Shown one piece after another: positions 43,601-50,728 of a stretch of 64,000 bases of DNA. This DNA comes from Clostridiales bacterium (GTDB taxonomy: Bacteria; Bacillota; Clostridia; Monoglobales; WRBX01). Location of the stretch: contig JAISIR010000011.1 of the NCBI GenBank assembly GCA_031261985.1, positions 19,472 through 83,471 of the forward strand, in the 5' to 3' direction. The stretch's first letter is position 1. Each line of letters starts with the position of its first letter. The position numbers and the translations under genes are program-made. The notes under the pieces were generated by a model. The model saw nothing but the letters and a program-made list of their open reading frames with translations. It was not told the DNA's origin and did not search any database.

Positions 43601-44068
43601 AAGCATTGTGCCGGCAAAAATTTCGCGTTTATCGGGCTTTGCAAACAGTTTACCTTCAAAAATGCAACTCCCGGTCATATCGGTGATTTGACCACAAGAG
43701 ACAGCATTGCCCTCTTTTAATGAGCCATAAATGCAATCGCCTGTTGTAGGAGTTTCGCCTGACGAGGTGCGCTTGTAACCGCCGCCATTGTTACGTCTGT
43801 AATTGTTGCCGCCACCGCCTGCGCCACCACCATAGCCGCCATAACCACCATTGCCACCATTGCCATAGCCGCTTTTGCCACCATATTTGCTGCCATAGTT
43901 GCTACCGCCATAGTTTTGAGAGTTGTATCCGCCACCAAAACTATCGTAATTGGGGCTATAGTTTTTATTGCCATAGCCATTTGAACCCTCGCGTTTGGGC
44001 GAGGGTTTGTATGAAGGGAATAGATTTCGTTCTTGTTCTTTTTTATAATTATCGTAAGTGGTAGACAA
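40643..44068 (-). CDS. polC: DNA polymerase III alpha subunit, PolC-type. Atypical: 1141 aa, no exonuclease insertion, low-complexity N-terminus.
   Basis: OB domain, PHP motif VELHLHTKMSSMDG ... ITDHGVVQAFP, Zn module CPHC...CPHC, and palm/fingers motifs GSRGSVGSS and PDIDLNF. TTG start with a GGAGG SD 7 nt upstream. Confidence 0.9.
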   Translation of the reverse strand: MSTTYDNYKKEQERNLFPSYKPSPKREGSNGYGNKNYSPNYDSFGGGYNSQNYGGSNYGSKYGGKSGYGNGGNGGYGGYGGGAGGGGNNYRRNNGGGYKRTSSGETPTTGDCIYGSLKEGNAVSCGQITDMTGSCIFEGKLFAKPDKREIFAGTMLYKFDIAGIDNTAISCKIKLSTATAKKNDLDGKLKMGKSFRACGDAQYDKYSRETVVNITGIKEIPTPPVRQDMAENKRVELHLHTKMSSMDGVSNVKDLVSRAIYWGHKAVAITDHGVVQAFPDAHIAAKNAPDDFKIIYGVEGYLTQLPESDIEVGSKQASNHIIILAKNYVGLQNLYKLITYSHTQNFYKKPRIPRNILTQHRDGLIIGSACELGELYRAILDDMPQSKIEEIASFYDYFEVMPLGNNKFMVENGTATINQLKEINKKIIALGDKMGKLVVATGDVHFMDKADSQFRAILQAGIGYSDADNQAPLYFRTTKEMLDEFNYLPPDVAEKIVIHNPQKIADSIDKIKPIPDETCPPELDGSIEAIVDGSKAKAKQIYGDPLPDIVQKRIDKELEKIIKYGFSVMYYIAQKLVQKSNSDGYLVGSRGSVGSSFIAFLCGITEVNALPPHYICPHCNYSEFITDGTYSSGVDMPNKECPHCCRPLQKDGHDIPFETFLGFEGDKEPDIDLNFSGDYQSTAHKFVEELFGEGYIFRAGTIATIASKTAYGFVKKYLEARNIITNSARINQLVAGCTGIKRTTGQHPGGVMVVPKGRDIHEFTPFQHPADDKDKNVFTTHFDYHSISGRLLKLDILGHDDPTVIRMLEDLTGVSAKTIPIDDPETMSLFTSTLALNIEPESINSEIGSLGVPEFGTKFVRQMLMDTQPTTFSELVRISGLSHGTNVWLNNAQQLIKDGIVPLKDCICTRDDIMLFLLHKGLPAKNAFDIMERVRKGKQLTPDDEELMKIYNVPQWYIDSCNKIQYMFPKAHAVAYVTMAFKIAWFKVHYPLAFYLTYLTVRADEFDANLMATPLKLNNTIRTLEPQENTLNAKDKNVLTICQLVREMFARGFKFLPIDLYKSDSKKFLPEDGAIRLPLNAFAGLGGSAAESIVAARNEEPFSSIEDLRIRGKVNKTVIELFREHGCLDGMDESNQISFFN

Positions 44069-44154
44069 AATTAAACCTCCGGATAAGGCAAGTAATAAAA
44101 GATGAATGAAAAATGATAAATTAAGGCAATAAATTTTCGCTAACGCTCGAGTTT

Positions 44155-44313
44155 AATCGTTTTCATCGCCGTCGCCATCATCGTCATCTATATGCTTGCT
44201 GTAAATAGGGCAAGAGACATAGCTAGAAGTATCGCACATGCCTTCGATTTTGCTTTCGAGTAGGCGGCGACCAGAAATTTCACAAAATATATCATCAAGA
44301 TAAGGGCACATAA
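44155..44313 (-). CDS. Small Cys-rich protein with a poly-acidic tail (52 aa). Below the ORF-track size cut-off.
   Basis: Translation by hand gives MCPYLDDIFCEISGRRLLESKIEGMCDTSSYVSCPIYSKHIDDDDGDGDEND. An AAGGA SD lies about 10 nt upstream. It is on the same strand as polC, 86 nt upstream of it. Confidence 0.4.
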
Positions 44314-44335
44314 AGAATTATCCTTTTGTTTTTAA

Positions 44336-44490
44336 TATAAATACGCTTCAGCGGAATGAATCCGCTTTCGCTCGTCGCAACTGCTTCACGTGGCTTGTTT
44401 TTGCTAAAAACGCAAAAACTTTGCGCGTGTTTCGCGTTGCTCCTCTTATCCCACAAAACGGAAAACGCGTTTTGTGGGACCCCTTTTGTT
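44336..44490 (+). repeat. Dispersed multi-hairpin repeat family A, copy 1
   Basis: The core ctcgtcgcaactgcttcacg...gtttttgctaaaaacgcaaaaac...gcgttgctcctcttatcccacaaaacggaaaacgcgttttgtggg aligns at an estimated 80-85 percent (by eye) with 59271-59387 and 63900-64000. Confidence 0.85.
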
Positions 44491-44563
44491 ATTTGGATAT
44501 TTTCGGCGACAAGCTGCCGAAAATTCTAAGCATTAACTTTAAATTTAAGTAAGCAATAATTAC

Positions 44564-45316
44564 CTAAGCGTTAACAGGGGAAGGGATAGTTGGAGCAACC
44601 TCGTTAGGCACGAAGAAGTAGCCCATACCACGTTTAGTTACGATATAGCGTGGGTTAGAAGGGTCGATTTCTAGCTTTTCACGCAAGCGGCGGACGGTTA
44701 CATCGACGGTGCGGACATCGCCATAATATTCGTAACCCCATACTTTTTCGAGTAATTCCTCACGCGTGAAGATGGATTCGGGGCGAGTAATTAAAAAGCG
44801 TAATAGCTCGAACTCGCGCAGGGTAAGGTCTATAACATCGCCAGCTTTTGTGATTATATAGCGTTGTAAATCCATAGTAATATCGCCCTGTTTAAGGATG
44901 TTTGCGTTAGATATAGTATGAGAGGTTGATGGATTCTCATCATCTTTTATAATAGATGTGCGGCGTAAATTAGCTTTTACACGTGCCATAAGCTCGCGGA
45001 TAGAGAAAGGTTTGGTTATGTAATCGTCGGCACCTAGTTCTAGACCAAGTACTTTATCGACTTCTTCTTCGCGGGCGGTAAGCATAATGATAGGTATCTC
45101 GGTCTTATCGCGGATTTTGCGGCAGGCAGTGAAGCCATCGGTTATAGGAAGCATAACGTCTAGTAAGATAAGGTCGGGTGATTGAGAAAGTGCTATATTT
45201 ATAGCCTCCTCGCCGTCGTAAGCCTCGATAACTTCGTAACCTTCTTTTTTTAGGTTAAAGCTGAGAATATCAACGATGGGTGTTTCGTCATCTACAACTA
45301 GGATTTTTTTTGACAT
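44564..45316 (-). CDS. OmpR/PhoB-family response regulator
   Basis: Receiver domain MSKKILVVDDE...DLILLDVMLP and winged helix LTLREFELLRFL...VWGYEYYGDVRTVDVTVRRLREKLE. The start is set at ATG 45316 (GGAG SD). Confidence 0.9.
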   Translation of the reverse strand: MSKKILVVDDETPIVDILSFNLKKEGYEVIEAYDGEEAINIALSQSPDLILLDVMLPITDGFTACRKIRDKTEIPIIMLTAREEEVDKVLGLELGADDYITKPFSIRELMARVKANLRRTSIIKDDENPSTSHTISNANILKQGDITMDLQRYIITKAGDVIDLTLREFELLRFLITRPESIFTREELLEKVWGYEYYGDVRTVDVTVRRLREKLEIDPSNPRYIVTKRGMGYFFVPNEVAPTIPSPVNA

Positions 45317-45352
45317 GTGAATTACTCCAATCTGTTTCATCATTTGTGACCA

Positions 45353-45386
45353 TAGTAACCACTGAATATTTAATCAGTGCTTACTA
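45353..45386. repeat. Family F foldback, 34-bp short form
   Basis: tagtaaccactgaatatttaatcagtgcttacta has the same termini as the 159-bp element at 29345-29503. Confidence 0.75.
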
Positions 45387-45395
45387 CCATTACGA

Positions 45396-47102
45396 TTACA
45401 AGTAGAGGTTAGGGTCGACGAACTGACCGTTCTTGCGGACTTCAAAATGCAAGTGGGGGCCTGTGCTTCGGCCTGTGCTACCTGTTTTTGCTATTAACTC
45501 GCCCTGCTTAACTACTTGACCTTCTTTAACTAAAAGTTGGCTACAATGGGCGTAAATTTCGATTAATCCATTGCCACTATCTATCCTTACACATTTACCA
45601 TAGTTTCCGTTATAATCTGACATTATTACGCGGCCGCCTATTGCGGCATAGATATTAGTGCCATAAGGTGGAGAGAAGTCGATTCCTGTATGGAACTCGC
45701 CGCCTGAGCGTGAGCCATAACCAGAGTAAACAACGCCAGAAGTAGGACGAATCATAGTTTTTGAACCGGCAGGGACTTGGTCGCTAGTTTCGGCCTTAGC
45801 TAACGCTACGTTTGTGCCAATGCGAGATACTTGATTTTGAACAGGCTTAGCAACTTCTTCTGAGACGATAACTCGGTCTTGCTCGGCACCGTTGATGCGT
45901 GTAACGCTGGCGGTTACTTTGTTTTCGCCATTGATGCCTTTTTTGATAATTTCTTCCTTACCTTTGGCAAGGGTGTTATCGTCGGTCGATTCTGTAGAAA
46001 AAGCGATGGTTTGGGTATATTCTTCTAGCATTTTAGTTTCGACATGAACGACAGCCTCGGTTTTAACTATATTTACCTTTTGACCGATTGGTACATTGCT
46101 GTTTAACGCAGGGTTTAGTTGAGTTATTTGCTCTAATGTCATACCAAAACGCTCGGCTATATTATATAGTGTATCGTCTATTGCAGAAGTATAAATTTCG
46201 CTATGTTGACTATCGCCACTTAGTGCGCCAACAACTTCGTCTGTGCTTAAAATTTGTGTTAATGGAACAAGTTCTGGGCGGACGGCGATGGTATCTATAA
46301 ATTCGGCAGAAACGATGTTTTTGCCGATAGAGTACTCGGTTTTTACTTTATCTAGCGCGAAAAACGCGTCGGTTTCGTTAACTGTGGCACAAATAAGGCG
46401 AGAGTTTACATAAATAGCGTAGGCGTCGACCATTTTTTCGCATCCAGCGAGAAGTTTTTGCCTAAGCTCGAAATCGCTTGTTATTTGCGTTGCTTTTATA
46501 ACACGAGGTACAAAATCTACATTAAAGCTAGTAGAATTTGTGCCAGTTTCGGAGGCTAAAGCCTCTAGATTTTTAACGTCGTTAAGAGTAGAGTAGAAGT
46601 CGTTTTTATCGCCTACGAAGCCGATAGATGCACCGTTTACGATTATCTCGCTACCTAGGCGTAGTTGGAAGTAGTAAAAGGTAGAGGTAACCATTAAAAC
46701 TAGAATGACGAAACAAGCGGCGGCTTTGCTGATTTTTTTGATGACTTGCATAGGGGACAGGATTTGTTTAACGTAGGTTGAGCCATCGGTTTTTGATGAT
46801 GTTACATTGTAAGTATCTATTTTATTAGATTTACTTTTTAGCGCTTTATTTTTTTTATGGAAGAACATGTTGAAGCTAAAACGCTTATACAGTCGAGGTT
46901 TTATCTTTAAATTAGAGCCGAAATTAAGCTTAAAAGAGGGTATGCGTGGCTTTAATTTGCTTGATTTTAAGTTATTAGACGAAGAAATATGTTTAGCAAA
47001 AGGGTTTTTAAATTTATATTGCGGTAGGTTAAGGTTTAGCCTACTATCGAGAGATTTTTGGTTATTGTTTTTATTGAAAAGGTTATTCAAAAATTTTAAC
47101 AA
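45396..47102 (-). CDS. LysM and G5-like domain M23 family metallopeptidase (membrane-anchored)
   Basis: LysM is TLYNIAERFGMTLEQITQLNP...GQKVNI. M23 motifs are FHTGIDF and GSTGRSTGPHLHFEV. The N-terminus is Lys/Asn-rich, so the true start is uncertain. Confidence 0.88.
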   Translation of the reverse strand: MLKFLNNLFNKNNNQKSLDSRLNLNLPQYKFKNPFAKHISSSNNLKSSKLKPRIPSFKLNFGSNLKIKPRLYKRFSFNMFFHKKNKALKSKSNKIDTYNVTSSKTDGSTYVKQILSPMQVIKKISKAAACFVILVLMVTSTFYYFQLRLGSEIIVNGASIGFVGDKNDFYSTLNDVKNLEALASETGTNSTSFNVDFVPRVIKATQITSDFELRQKLLAGCEKMVDAYAIYVNSRLICATVNETDAFFALDKVKTEYSIGKNIVSAEFIDTIAVRPELVPLTQILSTDEVVGALSGDSQHSEIYTSAIDDTLYNIAERFGMTLEQITQLNPALNSNVPIGQKVNIVKTEAVVHVETKMLEEYTQTIAFSTESTDDNTLAKGKEEIIKKGINGENKVTASVTRINGAEQDRVIVSEEVAKPVQNQVSRIGTNVALAKAETSDQVPAGSKTMIRPTSGVVYSGYGSRSGGEFHTGIDFSPPYGTNIYAAIGGRVIMSDYNGNYGKCVRIDSGNGLIEIYAHCSQLLVKEGQVVKQGELIAKTGSTGRSTGPHLHFEVRKNGQFVDPNLYL

Positions 47103-47140
47103 AAAATCACTCCTTTAACACAGATATAAGTTAAAAAAAT

Positions 47141-47581
47141 TTAATTGCGCTTGCTTTCAGAGTTGCGTTTAGCATCACGCAGATTTTCTTCGCTATTTTT
47201 AAGGAATTTATTCATCATTTTTTCAAAGTCAGAAAGTTCTTCTTTTTTAGGCTTTCCTTTTTTAAAGTTAGAACCAGGACGGTATGAGTTGGCGGAATTA
47301 TCGCCTTCGGGCTTGGGTTCAGATTGCTTAATAGAAAAACTCCACTTACCTTTTTCGTCTTTAGCTAAAACCTTAACCTTAACCTCGTCGCCTACAGAAT
47401 AAACATCGGCGATGTTAGTTACAAACGAGTGCGAAACTTCGGAAATATGGACTAATCCGCTGGTATTGTCGGATAGCGTGACAAAGATTCCGAAATTGGT
47501 TATACCTGTTATTTTGCCGGTTAGTATGGCACCGACTTCTGCCTTTTGAACTGCATCGAGGCTACTAATTGGTTCTGACAA
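47141..47581 (-). CDS. S1 RNA-binding domain protein (YabR-like)
   Basis: GKITGITNFGIFVTLSDNTSGLVHISEVSHSFV...GDEVKVKVL. Confidence 0.85.
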   Translation of the reverse strand: MSEPISSLDAVQKAEVGAILTGKITGITNFGIFVTLSDNTSGLVHISEVSHSFVTNIADVYSVGDEVKVKVLAKDEKGKWSFSIKQSEPKPEGDNSANSYRPGSNFKKGKPKKEELSDFEKMMNKFLKNSEENLRDAKRNSESKRN

Positions 47582-47641
47582 ACAATTCCACTCCTATTTG
47601 TAATCTATTTTTTATGATATGAATTTATAACAATAATAAAG

Positions 47642-48025
47642 TCATTTTTTTGCATTATCCTCGGCTAGGACGTTTACAAATATAACTTCGGTTGGTAAAA
47701 CAAGACCGTCACGCTGACGAGCAATTTGAGTTTTATACTCGGGCGTATCAATTTTTTGCATGGTTTGTTTAAGTTGGTCGTTTTTAATTTGCTCTGCTAC
47801 AATTTTGCTGTTTAAATCAGCAATTTTCTTAGAATTATCAGATATAGTCATGGCTGTGGTAGCAAAGGCAGAAATTATATATACAGAAAAAGCAAGTATG
47901 ATAAAGGTCATAAGTAGACGGATATCTTTATTCTTTTGCATAGTATTGCTTTTTACTTTGCTTGAATGCTTGCTATTCTTTTTGGTATTAATATGATTAT
48001 GCTTTCTTTGCATAGTCAAGACCAC
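47642..48025 (-). CDS. Septum formation initiator (FtsB/DivIC family)
   Basis: A single TM is followed by the coiled coil KIADLNSKIVAEQIKNDQLKQTMQKI and the conserved tail ARQRDGLVLPTEVIF. The exact start is uncertain. Confidence 0.75.
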   Translation of the reverse strand: MVLTMQRKHNHINTKKNSKHSSKVKSNTMQKNKDIRLLMTFIILAFSVYIISAFATTAMTISDNSKKIADLNSKIVAEQIKNDQLKQTMQKIDTPEYKTQIARQRDGLVLPTEVIFVNVLAEDNAKK

Positions 48026-48042
48026 CTTACAAATTTTTAGAA

Positions 48043-50118
48043 TTACAAAGTAGCCTTATGTGATAGGTTGTACCTACCCTGGGCATCTACTTCCATAAGT
48101 TTAACACTAATGCTATCGCCAAGTTTTACAACGTCTTCAACCTTCTCAACACGCTCTTTAGCAAGCTGAGAGACGTGGATAAGACCTTCTTTACCTGGAG
48201 CGAATTCGGCAAAGGCTCCAAAGTTCATTATACGTACGATGGTAGCATTATATGTCTTGCCAACTTCTGGCTCGTCGGTAATAGATTTAACGATATCTAA
48301 GGCTTTTTGACCTTTTTCTAAATCGGATGATAGGATAAGAACGCGACCGTCTTCTAAAATATCTATTTTAACATCGGTTTCTGCAATAATTTTTTGGATA
48401 GTTTTGCCACCAGGCCCTATTACGTCGCGGATTTTATCTACATCGATGGTAGTGGTGATAACACGAGGTGCATAAGGAGATAAATCGGCGCGAGGGGAAG
48501 CAATAGCATCGTGCATAACACCGTCGATGATTCCATAGCGTGCATCACGAGTTTTGTATATAGCCTCGCGAATGATTTCTGGCGTTAGACCGTCTATTTT
48601 TAAGTCCATTTGAATGGCGGTGATGCCCTTTTTGGTGCCACCTACTTTAAAGTCCATATCGCCAAAGAAGTCTTCTATACCTTGGATATCTAGCATGGTT
48701 ACAAATTGGTCGCCTTCGGTTACTAAGCCAACAGAAATACCTGCGACGGGGGCTTTAATTGGAACACCAGCGTCCATTAGAGCAAGGGTGCTACCGCAAA
48801 TGCTACCTTGAGATGTAGAACCGTTAGACGATAATACTTCGGAAACAAGGCGGATTGCATAAGGGAACTCGTCCTCGGAAGGGATAACGGGTTCTAAAGC
48901 ACGCTCGGCTAGTGCGCCATGACCGATTTCGCGACGACCAGGGCCACGTGATGGGCGGGTTTCGCCTACGCTATAAGAAGGGAAGTTGTAGTGGTGCATG
49001 TAGCGTTTTTCTTCCTCGTGGTCTAAACCGTCAAGACGTTGAACATCGCCTAACGCACCCAAAGTTGCAATAGTTAGCACTTGAGTTTGACCGCGAGAGA
49101 ACATTCCGCTGCCATGAACGCGTGGAAGGATGCCGACATCGGCTGAAAGCTCGCGAATAGTATTTAAATCACGTCCATCAACACGCTTGCCGTCGTGGAA
49201 TATCCAGTTGCGGACTACCTTTTTTTGAAGTTTGTATAAGCACTCGCCAAGTTTTGACTCACTATCGGGGTAGGTTTCAGCAAAATGCTCTTTAACCTCG
49301 CGCTCGACGGCGTTAACAGCCTGGTCGCGGGTTTCTTTATCGGCATTGTCTAGAGCTATTTTGATTTTATCGGTAGCAAAAGCGGCAACATCGGCGAACA
49401 TATCGGCAGGGACTTCTTGAGATTCGTATGAAGTTTTAGGAACACCGATTTCTGCACGAATATTTTCGATAAACTCGCACATTTTTTTAATCTCGTCGTG
49501 TGCTAGGGTGATTGCCTCGATAATTTTATCGTCGTCGACTTCGTTAGCGCCTGCTTCTATCATAACTACCTTGTTTTTAGTGCCGGCAACGGTTAGGGCG
49601 AGGTCAGAGTTTTGACGCTGAACTTCGGTAGGGTTAAGCACAAGCTCGCCATCTACCAAGCCAACAGAAACGCCTGCGATAGGGCCGTTGAAGGGTATTT
49701 TAGAGATGGTAGTTGCAGCAGAGCAACCAATCATCGCAGCAATTTCAGGAGAATTATCTTGCTCGACAGATAAAACAAGTGAAACAAGGCTGACGTCGTT
49801 GCGTAAATCTTTAGGGAAAAGAGGACGCATGGGGCGGTCTATCATTCGGCTAGTAAGGATGGCCTTTTCGGACGGACGACCCTCGCGTTTTAGAAAACCG
49901 CCAGGGATTTTGCCGACAGAGTAAAGACGTTCTTCGTAATCTACACTTAATGGAAAGAAATCGATTCCGTCACGAGGTTTATCGGACATTGTAGCGTTAC
50001 AAAGCAGAACTGTGTCGCCATAACGAACAAGGCAAGAGCCGCTTGCTAGTTGTGCCATTTTTCCTGTTTCTATGGTTAGTTCTCTACCTGCAAAGGTAGT
50101 GGTAAATTTATTTGTCAT
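48043..50118 (-). CDS. pnp: Polyribonucleotide nucleotidyltransferase (PNPase)
   Basis: Two RNase PH domains, a KH domain and an S1 domain; 691 aa, collinear with PNPase. It lies downstream of rpsO, as in most bacteria. Confidence 0.96.
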   Translation of the reverse strand: MTNKFTTTFAGRELTIETGKMAQLASGSCLVRYGDTVLLCNATMSDKPRDGIDFFPLSVDYEERLYSVGKIPGGFLKREGRPSEKAILTSRMIDRPMRPLFPKDLRNDVSLVSLVLSVEQDNSPEIAAMIGCSAATTISKIPFNGPIAGVSVGLVDGELVLNPTEVQRQNSDLALTVAGTKNKVVMIEAGANEVDDDKIIEAITLAHDEIKKMCEFIENIRAEIGVPKTSYESQEVPADMFADVAAFATDKIKIALDNADKETRDQAVNAVEREVKEHFAETYPDSESKLGECLYKLQKKVVRNWIFHDGKRVDGRDLNTIRELSADVGILPRVHGSGMFSRGQTQVLTIATLGALGDVQRLDGLDHEEEKRYMHHYNFPSYSVGETRPSRGPGRREIGHGALAERALEPVIPSEDEFPYAIRLVSEVLSSNGSTSQGSICGSTLALMDAGVPIKAPVAGISVGLVTEGDQFVTMLDIQGIEDFFGDMDFKVGGTKKGITAIQMDLKIDGLTPEIIREAIYKTRDARYGIIDGVMHDAIASPRADLSPYAPRVITTTIDVDKIRDVIGPGGKTIQKIIAETDVKIDILEDGRVLILSSDLEKGQKALDIVKSITDEPEVGKTYNATIVRIMNFGAFAEFAPGKEGLIHVSQLAKERVEKVEDVVKLGDSISVKLMEVDAQGRYNLSHKATL

Positions 50119-50186
50119 TAGTTATAATATTCTCCTTAAAATTAGTGCAATATAATAGGTAGTTATATAGATGTTTTAGTAAAAAA

Positions 50187-50450
50187 CTATTTACGAATAC
50201 CTAGTCTTGCAATTATAGAACGGTAACGCTCGATATCATTTTTAGTTAGGTAATTAAGCAGATTGCGACGTTTACCTATCATTTTTAACAAACCGCTTCG
50301 AGAGTGATTATCTTTTTTATGAATTTTAAGATGCTCGGTAAGCTCGTTAATTCTTGCGGTTAAAATAGCAATTTGGACTTCGGGAGAACCGGTATCCGTC
50401 TCGCTTAGGCGATAATCTTTGATAATTTGTTGCTTTTCTTGTGGTAACAT
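50187..50450 (-). CDS. rpsO: 30S ribosomal protein S15
   Basis: 87 aa, with [49 protein letters not shown]. Confidence 0.97.
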   Translation of the reverse strand: MLPQEKQQIIKDYRLSETDTGSPEVQIAILTARINELTEHLKIHKKDNHSRSGLLKMIGKRRNLLNYLTKNDIERYRSIIARLGIRK

Positions 50451-50642
50451 GTAGTAAACATTCCTTTATAAAATAATCCAAAATCCACGCAAAACGCTAG
50501 GTTTGTAGTAAACTAAGCCGAGTGCCTAGACTATGGTCGGTTATATTATATCACTAAAGAGGTTGGTTTGTCAAGAGGAAAACAGAAAATAATGCAAAAT
50601 TGCGGTTTGTCCATTGTTGCTCCACATTTTTTATCAAAAGCC

Positions 50643-50671
50643 TTGACAAGATTAATTAGTTGTGATATACT
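50643..50671 (+). promoter_or_regulatory. Sigma-A promoter (extended -10) of ppdK
   Basis: TTGACA (50643-50648), a 17-nt spacer ending in TGa, then TATACT (50666-50671). Confidence 0.65.
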
Positions 50672-50728
50672 CACTTATGTTGGAAAAATTTTGTTTTTAA
50701 ACTTAGATAAATTAGGAGGAGTAACAAA

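Noticed and set aside
43717-43980. An 87-aa Ala/Met/Val-rich ORF in another frame of the polC 5' region.
   Set aside because: It is an artefact of the repetitive GGN/TAY codons of the PolC low-complexity segment read out of frame.
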